Assembly (NCBI RefSeq): GCF_001194135.2
Contig: NC_068983.1
Span: 164,304,957-164,368,956, forward strand
Direction: 5' to 3'
Length of the DNA: 64,000 nt
Source of the DNA: Octopus bimaculoides
Lineage: Eukaryota
Shown here: piece by piece, positions 11,901-24,865 of the stretch
Layout: each line of letters begins with the position of its first letter
Numbering within the stretch: the stretch's first letter is position 1
Position numbers and translations under genes: made by a program
Notes under the pieces: model-generated
Databases searched by the model: none
What the model was told of the DNA's origin: nothing
Seen by the model: the letters and a program-made list of their open reading frames with translations, nothing else

Positions 11901-11969
11901 GTACCTTATCACCACTTTGAAGGTATGAACTACTCCCTCACATAACAATAATAATAATAATAATAACAA

Positions 11970-12580
11970 TAACTGTGCAAATGTGCTGTTTGCAACATAA
12001 CCAACCAGATATCACTCTCCTGCAGAACAAGTCCAAAGAATGGCCATTCATGGGCACAACTCTGCCTGAAGACCAGAATATTGTAAAGACAGCAAATGAA
12101 AAAATTCCAAGACCAAGTATTCGAAGTGAAACACATCCATAGAGTTTCAAACGTAAGTGTGGCACTTATTGTTATTGGGGCACTTGGGACTGTCTTAAAG
12201 AGGACCATACTCTCACATCAAAAGCTGCAAACACAGTTGGAACAGCTCATGCGTTGAGTAGTGTTGTGTCTCTGAGGTGCAGAAAGGAGCTGAGACATGA
12301 CATAGGTAACTCAGGGGAAGAGGGGTTAATAATGATGTGTGGATTGTTGTTGGAGTCTTGGGGACAGCATCAAAAGTATTGAGAGGAATATGAAGGAAAT
12401 GGGAATAGAGAGCCCAGTAGAGATGTTGCTAAAAGTTTGGCTCCTTGGCATGGCCAGAATCTACAGAAAAGTATTAGTTGAAGAGAACACATTGCAGGGT
12501 ATTATAGGCTGCAGGTAGCAAGTTCATTGCTCATGCAGAATTCCAGGAGTTCCAACAAAACTTGAATTGAGAGAATAATA
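11970..12580 (+). mobile_element. Two further diverged RLE-LINE endonuclease fragments
   Basis: HNQPDITLLQ...KFQDQVFEVK...LIVIGALGTV (about 12000-12200) and IVVGVLGTASK...EMLLKVWLLGMARIYRKVL (about 12340-12480), bounded by (AAT)n. Confidence 0.6.
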
Positions 12581-12889
12581 ATAACAATACTGACAATAAT
12601 GTTAATTCTTTCTAATTTTGGCAAAGGTCAGCAATTTTCAGGGGAAGAGGACGTCATACAAATAGTGTCTTTCATTTCCAATATTCTGTAAAAACATGTC
12701 TGGCCATGGGGAAATATTACCTTATTTGGAAACAGGTGATGGTTGGCAACAGGAAGGGCATTTGGTTGCAGAAAACTTATCTCAATAAACTCTGTCTGAC
12801 CAATGCAAGCAGGGAAATGTGGACGTTAAAAAAAAATGATGAAAGTGGGTAGCTTTGAAATGATCAGAATAATGGTATATTTCAATGTT

Positions 12890-13326
12890 TTAAACCTTTA
12901 GCATTTAGAAAGGCCATATCTGGCCCCAATGTTCTGGTTTATGCTCAAACTGGTCAGATAAGGCCTTCTACATGCACCCTACAATGTCTTTCTAAATGGA
13001 AGCAATCACATCAACAACATTCTGAAGCTATGAAATAAATGCGTAAATAATTTGAAACAATCTTCATTGTCATCATCATCATCATCATAATCATCATTTA
13101 ATGTCCATTTTCCATGCTGGCATGGGTTGGACAGTTTGATAGGAGCTGGAAAGTGGGAGGGCTGTACCAGACTCCAGTTGTCTGTTTTGGCACGCTTTCT
13201 AAGGCTGGATGTCCTTCCTAACACCAACCACTTTACAGAGTGTGGACTGGGTGCTTTTCACATGGCACCAACACTTGTGTTTTTTACAAATTTGACAACA
13301 GAATAATATGAATGTTAAAGGGTTAA
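12890..13326. mobile_element. piggyBac-like non-autonomous element interrupted by an RTE 3' fragment (13085-13285, minus strand)
   Basis: TTAA-acctttagcatt ... aatgttaaaggg-TTAA inverted termini with TTAA flanks. Confidence 0.65.
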
Positions 13327-14140
13327 TGAAATAAGAAAACATGAAAGTTAGGAATGTTTGCTACAGGAAATGAAAACATATAGCATTATGGAATGTAATT
13401 TTCACCAAAGATAAGCAACCACAGTTATTCTTTTCTCTTCATGTTACACATTCAGGATTAAGATATCAGACACAACTCACTCAAAGAAGATTAACAAAAA
13501 AGAAGTTAATAGTCAAGCAGGATATGAATTAACCTTCCAATAGTACAACATACCCCTTTGGCTATCAACTGCATATACTCAAGTTGATGTAATGCGTATA
13601 GCATTAAACAATCATTGATAGAAAAAGATATGGGACTGAGAGATGTGGTTTCATAAAGATAAAATTCTATAAGCTGTTACTGGGTGTTTTTTTGAAGGAA
13701 ACTTCATGTAAATATGTCAAACGAAGAATTTATAACAGATTTCAAAAGACTAGGTTTTAATACAGATATGATAAATATAAAAGTGTATGGAGAATATAAA
13801 TGGTTAATGCTGTCCAGAAGTCGAGCCAAAGAATTTTTCCAAATTGGATGAGTTGCCTTAAATAGTTTGTATTTATACAGACAAAATGGTCATTAGCCAC
13901 AACAGGACCAGCTGTAATCATCATAAAAAAACATTAGTGATATCAAAGAACTTTGCATATATGCACCATAAGTTTGGTATTTGTATAATGGGAAGTTTGA
14001 ATTCATTAAGTGCCTACAGAGACATTGTGGAGACTGTTTCTTGTTAGTATTATTTTTATTTTGTATATTCTCTCCACTCAATATTGGTTACCATGTGTAC
14101 CTTCGTTAGTATTTCCTACTTCTATATATATGATTATACA

Positions 14141-14171
<31 letters not shown>

Positions 14172-14297
14172 GTACATACATACATATATATGTACATATG
14201 TACATTCATACATATATATATGTGTATAAATATATATATATTTATACACACACACACACAAACATACACTATATTTGTATATGTGTATGTGTGTGTA

Positions 14298-14347
<50 letters not shown>

Positions 14348-14389
14348 CCCGTACACATATATACAAATATATATTATCACCATCATCAT

Positions 14390-14690
14390 CATCATTTAAC
14401 GTCCGTTGTCCATACTGGCATGGGTTGGACAGTTTGACCGGGAATGATAAGCTGGAAGGCTGCACCAGACTCCAGTCTAATTTGGTATAGCTTTCTATGG
14501 CTGGATGCCCTTCCTAACACCAACCACTCTGAGAGTGTAATGGGTGCTTTTACATTCCACTGGCACAGGTGCCATTTGCATGACACCAGTATCTGCCATG
14601 ACTGCAATTTTGCTTGCCTTAATGGGTCTTCTTCTCAGGCATGACATAATGCCAAAGGTCTTGGTCATTGCCTTCATGTGACCCAACACC
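14390..14690 (-). mobile_element. RTE LINE 3' fragment
   Basis: Reverse complement of the canonical tail and 3'UTR. Confidence 0.8.
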
Positions 14691-14769
14691 CGAAACATAT
14701 ATAATATATATATTTATATATATGTTTATATAATAAATACACACACTCACATGCACACATGTATATGTA

Positions 14770-15268
14770 CGTATAGTGAGGCCTAATGTTCGAAGGTTGT
14801 GCTTCACCACCTCATCCCAGGTCTTCCTGGGTCTCCCACTTCCACAGGTACTCTCAACCACTAGGGTGTGGCACTTTTTCACACAGCTATCTTCATCCAT
14901 TCTTGCCAAATGACCATACCAGTGCAATCGTCTTTCTTGCATACCACAACTGATGCTTCTTAGGTCCGACTTTTCTCTCAAGGTACTTACACTCTGTCGA
15001 GTATGCACACTGACATTACACATCCATTGGGGCATACTGTCTTCATTCCTTGCGAGCTTATGCATGTCCTCAGCAGTCACAGCCCATGTTTCACTGCCAT
15101 GTAGCATGGCTGTTTGTACACGTGTCATACAGTCTACCTTTTACTCTGAGCAAGAGGTCCTTTGTCACCAGCAGAGGTAAGAGCTCTCTGAACTTTGTCC
15201 AGGCTATTCTTATTCTAGCAGCTACACTTTCAGCACACTCTCCCCCTTTACTAACTTGATCAACTAGG
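14770..15268 (-). pseudogene. RTE LINE reverse transcriptase C-terminal fragment (frameshifted)
   Basis: ARIRIAWTKFRELLPLL...KGRLYD / AMLHGSETW...RRLHWYGHLARM...GRPRKTWDEVVK, typical RTE thumb and C-terminal motifs; runs into a gap. Confidence 0.9.
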
Positions 15269-15679
15269 TNNNNNNNNNNNNNNNNNNNNNNNNNNNNNNN
15301 NNNNNNNNNNNNNNNNNNNNNNNNNNNNNNNNNNNNNNNNNNNNNNNNNNNNNNNNNNNNNNNNNNNNNNNNNNNNNNNNNNNNNNNNNNNNNNNNNNNN
15401 NNNNNNNNNNNNNNNNNNNNNNNNNNNNNNNNNNNNNNNNNNNNNNNNNNNNNNNNNNNNNNNNNNNNNNNNNNNNNNNNNNNNNNNNNNNNNNNNNNNN
15501 NNNNNNNNNNNNNNNNNNNNNNNNNNNNNNNNNNNNNNNNNNNNNNNNNNNNNNNNNNNNNNNNNNNNNNNNNNNNNNNNNNNNNNNNNNNNNNNNNNNN
15601 NNNNNNNNNNNNNNNNNNNNNNNNNTATATATATATATACACATATAAATATAAACATATATGTACCTTCGATCGTAGG

Positions 15680-16030
15680 GCAACATGCCATGCTTGAGGA
15701 GACCTATTGAGTCAAGTACATCAACATCGACATCAATATTAAAATCGAATCAACTGGAAATTGAAGTTGTGAGCCCCATGCTGGTGGCCCACAAAAAGCA
15801 CCATCTGACTGTGGTCGATGCCAGCTCCTCTGGCCCCTGTACCAGTGACATGTAAAAAGCAGCCCTATACTCTTGAAGTGGTTGGCATTAGGAAGGGCAT
15901 CCAGCTGTAGAAACACTGCCAGATCAGATTGGAGACTGGTGCAGCCTCCAGGCTTCCCTGACCCCAATCAAACCGTCCAACCCATGCCAGCATGGAAAAC
16001 GGATGTTGAACGATGATGATGATGATGATG
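15680..16030 (+). mobile_element. RTE LINE 3' fragment
   Basis: Canonical tail with (GAT)n. Confidence 0.8.
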
Positions 16031-16169
16031 ATGATATATGTATATATACATGTACATGTTATATAAACACACATACACATGTACCTCTCTTTCTCTCTCT
16101 CTCTCTCTCTACTCATACCAGTGTGGAAGATGGATGTTACATGATGTTGAAGATATTTATATCGTCGTC

Positions 16170-16362
16170 GTCGTTTAACATCCACTTTCCATGCTAGCAT
16201 GGGTTGGACGATTTGACTGAGGACTGGTGAAACCAGATGGCTACACCAGGCTCCAATCTGATTTGGCAGAGTTTCTACAGCTGGATGCCCTTCCTAACGC
16301 CAACCACTCAGAGAGTGTAGTGGGTGCTTTTACGTGTCACCCACACGAAGGCCAGTCAGGCG
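16170..16362 (-). mobile_element. RTE LINE 3' fragment
   Basis: Reverse complement of the canonical tail. Confidence 0.8.
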
Positions 16363-16662
16363 GTACATACATACATAATACATACATACACACATACATA
16401 TATACATACATATATACATACATACATACATACATACATACATACATACATGTGTGCACACATACATGCATACACATACATTCACATACATAATCTCCAT
16501 GCACACCAGGTCAGTGTGTGTTTAGTGTATAAGAATGTAAAACATATCTACATTAGAACACTTCTAAACATACATCTGTGTGTATATGATTTCTTTGTAT
16601 TATATGCCTCTTAATACATATATTTATTATACATGTGCATACACACACATATATATATTTAC

Positions 16663-16711
<49 letters not shown>

Positions 16712-18172
16712 NNNNNNNNNNNNNNNNNNNNNNNNNNNNNNNNNNNNNNNNNNNNNNNNNNNNNNNNNNNNNNNNNNNNNNNNNNNNNNNNNNNNNNNNN
16801 NNNNNNNNNNNNNNNNNNNNNNNNNNNNNNNNNNNNNNNNNNNNNNNNNNNNNNNNNNNNNNNNNNNNNNNNNNNNNNNNNNNNNNNNNNNNNNNNNNNN
16901 NNNNNNNNNNNNNNNNNNNNNNNNNNNNNNNNNNNNNNNNNNNNNNNNNNNNNNNNNNNNNNNNNNNNNNNNNNNNNNNNNNNNNNNNNNNNNNNNNNNN
17001 NNNNNNNNNNNNNNNNNNNNNNNNNNNNNNNNNNNNNNNNNNNNNNNNNNNNNNNNNNNNNNNNNNNNNNNNNNNNNNNNNNNNNNNNNNNNNNNNNNNN
17101 NNNNNNNNNNNNNNNNNNNNNNNNNNNNNNNNNNNNNNNNNNNNNNNNNNNNNNNNNNNNNNNNNNNNNNNNNNNNNNNNNNNNNNNNNNNNNNNNNNNN
17201 NNNNNNNNNNNNNNNNNNNNNNNNNNNNNNNNNNNNNNNNNNNNNNNNNNNNNNNNNNNNNNNNNNNNNNNNNNNNNNNNNNNNNNNNNNNNNNNNNNNN
17301 NNNNNNNNNNNNNNNNNNNNNNNNNNNNNNNNNNNNNNNNNNNNNNNNNNNNATATATATATATATATATATAAGACATTGTTCACTGATAATTTTTCTT
17401 ATCATGTCTGTAATAGATTTGTGACTATTTGGTGGTACAGAAGAATTATTTTACTTCAATTGTTTAGCGATATAGGTACTCATGTAGTGCCCTTGTCTAT
17501 ATATGTACATATCTAATACTGTACGTATATATTTTATTAATTTGCCTGTACGGCTGATAATTCACTTGCCACTCGTGACAGCATTTTAATAATACCATCC
17601 CTATATTTATTTATATCTATCTATGTATATATATATAGATATGCAGGGCAGGGAATCATCAATTAGTAATAAAATTAATAATTAACAATTCTGCCGGGTA
17701 GCTCAGTATGAAAAAACCGAATGAAGGTTTTTACCGTATGTATATATATATATATACATATATTTATATATATGTGTGTGTGTATGCATGTGTATATACT
17801 ATGTATTATATATGTGCTTTATGCCACTTAATAAACACGTATTGTGGGCGGGTGTTGAATCAGACCAAACCAGACCTGACTCCATAAAATTTTCTTCCCT
17901 CCTTGCCATAAATATTATCGACATTCATAGTATTTTCGCTCTCCTTCCGTTTGTTTTACCATTTTACTCCGTACGCTCAAATTAAAGAACAAAAGGAATT
18001 ACTAATGACTTCAATAAGTCGCGAAATTTCTGCCAGTCTTTTAATTTTCTTGTTTTTTTTTTTTTTGCTATATATGCATAATACGCATTGCTAGTCTCCA
18101 ATATATACATGTGTATGTGAGTGTTTTACCATATGAACACACACACACTCACATATATATGTATATACATAC

Positions 18173-18209
<37 letters not shown>

Positions 18210-18246
18210 NNNNNNNNNNATATACACATACACACACCATATTTGC

Positions 18247-18281
<35 letters not shown>

Positions 18282-18904
18282 TATATATGCATACTGCATA
18301 ATAAAATGATAGCACATGTCATTAATATAAGTTATCTTTATTTGAGGTTTTATGAGGTAAAACTTGAATTTCTATTACGATAACCTTCTTTGTGATAACT
18401 AACAATTAAAAGCTTGATTTTTAGAAATAACTTCAAAAATAAAGAAGAAAGAAATTCAAAATTTCCATAAAGTAATGTGTGACAATATTCTGATAGATTA
18501 ATCAATTCTTTTTTTTTTTTTTCTTTTTTTTTTCCTAAATTAAAATTCTACTTTGAAACATTAAATACAGACACTATTGTTATTTAATTGCGTGTATGAT
18601 TGCTCTGCTGTCGAAGCACTTGACTAAGTCTTTTATCTATATTTCATATCATTGTTTTGAACCTAGCTCTGATTCATGTTATAGCCTTTTCTATTGAACC
18701 TTTGAAGCTACTAATAAAATTGTTTTTCCTCTTTATACACAATCTTTCATTAATTTGGTCGAAGCTGCTTAATGGATTAGGGTCCAGTTAGCTTGCTACC
18801 CAGTCTTTCAGTTCCAGCCTTTTGGTGTCTTTACCAAACTTTCCTTTCTTTCTTTGAATATATTCAGGGGTTTCTTGTCAAATAAAAGTTAATAAAAGTG
18901 GAAG

Positions 18905-19068
18905 GGTATCCTGGCGTTAGGAAGGGCATCCAGCTGTAGAAACTCTGTCAAATCAGATTGGAGTCTGGTGCAGCTATCTGGTTCGCCAGTCCTCAGTCAA
19001 ATCGTCCAACCCATGCTAGCATGGAAGCGGGACGTTAAACGATGATGATGCTGATGATGATGATGATG
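18905..19068 (+). mobile_element. RTE LINE 3' fragment
   Basis: Canonical tail with (GAT)n. Confidence 0.8.
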
Positions 19069-19179
19069 TTAACCCTTCTGTTACCATATTTCTGGTGAAA
19101 TGCACTGCTTTTGTTTCAGTTAATTTCGAAATTAATGAAGAACTTAGTAAAATAAAAACTGTCATTATTAACCTGATGT

Positions 19180-19395
19180 AAGGCAGCAAGCTGCTAGAAT
19201 CATTAGCATGCCGGGCGAAATGCATAGCAGTATTTCGTCTGCCACTATGTTCTGAGTTCAAATTCTATTGAAGTCGAACTTGCCTTTGATCCTTTTGGGG
19301 TTCGACAAATTAAGTACCAGTGAAACACAGGGGTCAATGCAATCAACTAGTCTCCTCCCACCAAATTTCAGGTCTTGTGCCTTTAGTAGAAAGGG
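19180..19395 (+). mobile_element. Full-length SINE family B with 15-bp target-site duplication
   Basis: ttattaacctgatgt at 19165-19179 and 19396-19410. The SINE is inserted into a piggyBac-like remnant starting TTAACCCTT at 19069; a second SINE B follows at 19412-19580. Confidence 0.85.
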
Positions 19396-19619
19396 TTATT
19401 AACCTGATGTTAAGGTGGTGAGCTGGCAGAATCGTTAACTCATTGGACAAAATGCTCAGCAGTATTCCGTCCATCTGTACATTCTCAGTTCAAATTCTGC
19501 TGAGGTTAAACACTGGGGTTGATGTTAATTGACTGACCCACTCCTCTAAAATTGCTGACCTTGAGCCAAAATTTAAAATCCTTATTGGATTTATTTATAT
19601 ATATTTATATATGTGCCCA

Positions 19620-20045
19620 TGGCATGTGTAAGGACTTTCGAGCGAGATCGTTGCCAGTGCCCCTGGACTGGCTCTTGTGTGGGTGGCACATAGAATACAC
19701 CATTTTGAGCATGGCCATTGCCAGTACCGCCTGACTGGCCTTCGTGCTGGTGGCACATAAAAGCACCCACGACATTCTCGGAGTGGTTGGCATTAGGAAG
19801 GGCATCCAGCTGTANNNNNNNNNNCGCCTGACTGGCCTTCGTGCTGGTGGCACATAAAAGCACCCACGACATTCTCGGAGTGGTTGGCATTAGGAAGGGC
19901 ATCCAGCTGTAGAAACTCTGCCAAATCAGATTGGAGCCTGGTGTAGCCATCTGGTTTCACCAGTCCTTAGTCAAATCGTCCAACCCATGCTAGCATGGAA
20001 AGCGGACGTTAAACGACGATGATGCTGCTGCTGCTGCTGATGATG
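19620..20045 (+). mobile_element. RTE LINE 3' fragment (partly duplicated across a 10-N gap)
   Basis: Canonical 3'UTR and tail. Confidence 0.8.
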
Positions 20046-20047
20046 AT

Positions 20048-20600
20048 GGGCTTCTTTCAGTTTCCGTCTACCAAATCCACTCACAAGGCTTTAGTCAGCC
20101 TGAGGCTATAGTAGAAGACACTTGCCCAAGGTGCCATGCTGTGGGACTGAACCCAGAACCATGTGGTTGGTAAGCAAGCTACTTACCACACAGCCACTCC
20201 TGCACCTCTATTCAATTACAAGACTTAGGTCAGCCCAGAGCTGACCAATGGTAGAATATACGTCCCCAAGGTGTCATGCAGTGGGATTCAATCCAAAGAC
20301 ATTTGGAAAGGAAACGAGGTTCTTAACCACAAAGCCGTGTCTGTGCCCATGTATATATATGTGTGTTTGTGTGCATGTATACATATCTTTTAGCTTTTAC
20401 TTGTTTCAGTCATTAGACTGCGGCCATGCTGGGGCTCCAACTAAAAATTCTAGCCAAATGAATTGACCCCCCCCCCACCCAGTTCTTTTTTACTTTTCTG
20501 AACCCGGTGCTTAATTTATTGGTCACTTTTTGCCAAACTGCTAAGTTAGTGGGAAATAACCACACCAACACCAGTTATCAGTGGTGGAGGATGAACACCG
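20048..20600 (-). mobile_element. SINE family A pieces (head half 20048-20205, tail half about 20390-20600)
   Basis: Family A motifs as at 9256-9710. Confidence 0.75.
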
Positions 20601-21291
20601 ATAGAAACACTCACACAGACACACACACATACACACACACATACATACATACATATATATATATAAGGTGTGTTATGAGCATTTATAGCACACGTATCCT
20701 ATATAAACTCGACAAACAATTGAAGATAGAGAAGAGGTGTTATAAGTTTATAAAATGTTCATCCATACATACGATTGTTTTGAGCGGCAATATTAATGTG
20801 CAAAAAACATGGTAAAAATTAGAAATTAATTTAATTATAATTAAATTAATTACATATCTCTGTTCTCCTCAGTGTGAAAGAAGAATACATCAAAAAGAAT
20901 ATATAAGAAGATTATTATAGTGTTAGAGAAGACAAGATGGAGTGAGTNNNNNNNNNNNNNNNNNNNNNNNNNNNNNNNNNNNNNNNNNNNNNNNNNNNNN
21001 NNNNNNNNNNNNNNNNNNNNNNNNNNNNNNNNNNNNNNNNNNNNNNNNNNNNNNNNNNNNNNNNNNNNNNNNNNNNNNNNNNNNNNNNNNNNNNNNNNNN
21101 NNNNNNNNNNNNNNNNNNNNNNNNNNNNNNNNNNNNNNNNNNNNNNNNNNNNNNNNNNNNNNNNNNNTACAGATATTTTTTTCACGTCTGGCCTACAGCC
21201 CTCCTTGTTTATTTTCACTGTTTCATTTTCCTGTCGTGTTTTCTGTTTGCCCCGTAATTCCTCCGCATTACAAATTTAATTTAATTTGTTT

Positions 21292-21390
21292 CCACGGGAA
21301 GAACTATTCTAACCATGCGTCCTGCCCTAATTCTTCGAAACACTTAGTTTAGAATATGGGCAGCTGATGAAAGAAATATTCTCTATGTGG
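21292..21390 (+). ncRNA. Degenerate type-II-like hammerhead motif
   Basis: GTC 21319-21321; stem I CTGCCC/GGGCAG; CTGATGA 21364-21370; imperfect open stem II ccacgggaagaactattct vs agaaatattctctatgtgg; GAAA eroded. Confidence 0.45.
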
Positions 21391-21675
21391 CGCGTTTGTT
21401 TTCTGTGCTCTGTTTATGTTCTGTTTTTCATCTTGTGCACATTTTGTTCTGACATCCTGTGCCCAGATATGCATCTATATATACATGTAGATGTAGGTAT
21501 GTACATACATGTATGTATATATGCATATACTCACATATATGTATTATATATATATATATATATATATATGCATATATACATATGGGAGAATGTACGAAAA
21601 AAAAAACAACAGACGAAGACCGGTGATGTAAACAACAAAAGGATGTATTAGTTTGACACTCAGGAATACAGAAAG

Positions 21676-21712
21676 TCTTTAACGTTTCGAGCTACGCGCT
21701 TCAACAGAAAGA
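21676..21712 (-). ncRNA. Degenerate minimal type I hammerhead motif in a Penelope-like terminal remnant (about 21585-21785)
   Basis: TCTTT CTGTTGA A GCGC GTA GCTC GAA ACGT T AAAGA: 5-bp stem I and palindromic ACGT stem III; A6 is replaced by U and stem II has one mismatch. Confidence 0.6.
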
Positions 21713-22527
21713 ATACAGAGAAAACCAGGAGATAAGCACGGAGAAAAAAAATTGAATGGTGTTTGGTCTACGATCTATCATGGCTTCTCTGTATATATGG
21801 CTCATGTGTATATATATAAATAAATAAGCATCCAATGGGACAGCATTGCTATATCTAAATTTATATATGATTTGACAGTTATGAGTGGTATACAATGAAA
21901 ATAATGAAAATAAATTATGGTGTATATTAAAAAGAAATTGTTTTAAAAAATTCCTAGAATAAGAAATACAAATAGTTAGTGTGATTTTATATATAAGTTT
22001 CTTGAAATTCAAACGACAAAAAAAATTAGGCTTGTGAGGGACTAATTATTAGGTTAATATAATGAGGAAAAAATATTTATTTATCTAAGAGGAAGGACTA
22101 AAAAGGGCGAATAGTTGTTAATATTACAGAATTGAGAAAGAAAATACTTGAGATGGTTGAAATTATTGGAAAAAAAAACAAAAAAACATGTAAGGTGATA
22201 AAAGAGTTTTTTGTTGTTTTGAGAGATTGAATAAGGTAACAGTGTAGGGGAGATAAGGCTAAGATAAATTCATAAGAAAGATTTTTTGAAGAAATACACG
22301 TTTCTATAGTAGTGAAAGGGAATGTAAGAAAAAACATTTTTATTATTATGGAGTGAAAGGTACGAAAAAATAAGTATAATAAAGATATGAGAAGTAATTC
22401 ATATATATAAATCTCCAATATAAGAGAAGAATATCATTTCAAAGTATGTATATATATATTTTATGTATACTGGTACATTTAAAAGGAACAGAAACTATGA
22501 AACAAGATAAAAGGATATGTGCATATA

Positions 22528-22566
<39 letters not shown>

Positions 22567-23243
22567 GTGTGCATATGCAGATATATACACACATATGTAC
22601 ATCCATATACCTTTGTATAATAGTATGTATAATATATGACATACGCATATGTATAAAGTTTATAAGTTTTAAAAGTAAAATATAGAATATAATGTATTAA
22701 TTATATTAATTGGTGTAAATATAAAATTGAAAAAATGTTACAAGCAGTAATAATAATTATTATGATAGATGAATAAAAATAATATTGATTCTAATAAAGA
22801 GAAAAAAGTGGAAATACTATAAATCTATTTATATGCAAAACCATAAAGATAAATAAACTATATCTATGAGAGTTTCTGCATTTTGTGGAAGTGATTGTTG
22901 TGCCTTTAGAATGACTGTAAGTATATGCGTATATAATTTGTAAGATTTTGGTTAATATAGGTAGGTTTGTAAGAAACACAAAATAATTTTTTTTAAATTT
23001 AAGAAATAAAAATTGGAATAGTTAAGAGAAGCAGTTTTTTAAAAATATATATATATATATTATACAAATGGAATAAGTTATGCATAAGAAAAAAAGGAAA
23101 GAGGGGAAAAGGATAATAAAAAAGGATAGAAGGGCAAAATAGTCACCGAAAAAGTATTAAAAGATATTTGCATATATCAATAGTAAAAAGTAAAAAGTAA
23201 GAAGTATCATAAATATTGGCAATAGTTAATTATGATGATGATG

Positions 23244-23362
<119 letters not shown>

Positions 23363-23374
23363 AATAATAGAGAA

Positions 23375-23773
23375 TAGGAAGCCGAACATAGTGTTAATTG
23401 AGAAAGAAAGTAAACGATGCTGGATCATAGATATAGCATGCCCAGCTGAGAACAAGGTATGCGATAAGGAAGAAAGAAAAGTCGAGAGATACGACAGGTT
23501 AGCTTGGGAGGTTAAGCGATTGTGGTCGATGAAAAAAGGTAGCAATGGTACCAATAATTGTCGGAGATCTGGGAACAGTGAGAAAAATCTCGAGAAGTAT
23601 GTGGAACAAATAGGGGCTGCAATAAGGGTGGAGCATTTGCAGAAAACAGCACAGCTTGGAACCGCTCCAATACTCCAGAAGGTGCTCGAAAAATAAGAGG
23701 TGTTACCTTAGTTCACTGGTAGTGAACAGCTGACACTGTAGTACATCTCCAGCATTAGAAGCTGTGCAAGGGC
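23375..23773 (+). mobile_element. R4/Dong-like RLE LINE 3' fragment (another subfamily)
   Basis: RKPNIVLIEKESKRCWIIDIACPAENKVCDKEERKVERYDRLAWEVKRLW...LQKTAQLGTAPILQKVL; (AAT/GAT)n upstream and (AAT)n downstream. Confidence 0.85.
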
Positions 23774-23828
<55 letters not shown>

Positions 23829-24289
23829 GTAATTATAATAGTAATTATAATAGTAATATTTAGAATAGGTAAGAGAGGTGTAACTAAGTGCATATTGTGA
23901 AAAAAATAGATTACATACAAATAATGTTTATGTGTGTATATTATGTAATGGTCCAAACATTGTCTATAAAAATATATATCGAGAAAGAGGGGGAGGTATA
24001 TGAATATTTGGTATAGGTTTTATATTAATAAAATGAGGTTCATACAAAATATGGGCAGGGATGGTAGAATAACATATGAATATCGAAGTAGTGTAAGATA
24101 ATTAAATTAGAATATTATAGAATAGAAGTTATATGTAGGTAGTAATAATGTAGGGAGAGGTATGACGAAAGTAGTTATGGTTGTAGGGTGGAAAGATTAT
24201 TTAAGATTAATAAAAAGGAATTTTGATATATGTATGCAAGAAAAAACTTTTTCATCTCTAGAATTTACAAGAGAACCATTCATTTTCAT

Positions 24290-24428
24290 TGAAGGGCATC
24301 CAGCTGTAGAAACTCTGCCAAATTAGATTAGAGCCTGGTGTTGCCATCCGGTTTCAGCAATCCTCAGTCAAATCGTCCAACCCATGCTAGCATGGAAAGC
24401 GGACGTTAAACGATGATGAATGATGATG
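24290..24428 (+). mobile_element. RTE LINE 3' fragment
   Basis: Canonical tail. Confidence 0.8.
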
Positions 24429-24690
24429 GCAGAGTTCTTTTGTTTCCATGTAACCATGTAACAACCTTTGGTTTTGGAACTTTGGTTGACATAATCATGA
24501 AGGAGAAGACACTTTCTCAAAGGTGCTTGGCATTAGAATCAAATTTGGTGGCACATGGCTGCAAAATGATTTCCTTAACCATGGTGTCACATCTGTACCC
24601 CTGTATTTATAAAGCACTTTTTTTGATTGCCCCATTTCTCGCCATAACTCCAATATTTGTAGCATTAACATTACTGGAATTTGCAATTAC

Positions 24691-24865
24691 CTGAAGAAAC
24701 TTCTCTTTTAATCGTAAGAATTATCATTTGTTCTATCAACACAGAATAACCTTGAAGCAACGCTAAATCCAGAAAGTTCTTCATTTCCCTGGTATTTTCT
24801 TTGAAACCAAAAGCTGATTCTTTTAATACCTGTCTGTTAGTTTTTGTTTGCCTTTCAGCACCAGA
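24691..24865 (-). CDS. Weak candidate internal exon (SGAERQTK...FLDLALLQGYSVLIEQM...EVSS), product unknown
   Basis: Open frame between a poor AG acceptor and a CAG|GTAATT donor; no family recognised; could be chance. Confidence 0.15.

Noticed and set aside
13715-13855. Frame RKLHVNMSNEEFITDFKRLGFNTDMINIKVYG...
   Set aside because: Vaguely LINE ORF1-like but short, without splice signals, and cannot be assigned.
19727-19910. ~90-bp direct duplication in an RTE 3'UTR
   Set aside because: Identical copies flank a 10-N gap, typical of an unmerged contig overlap.
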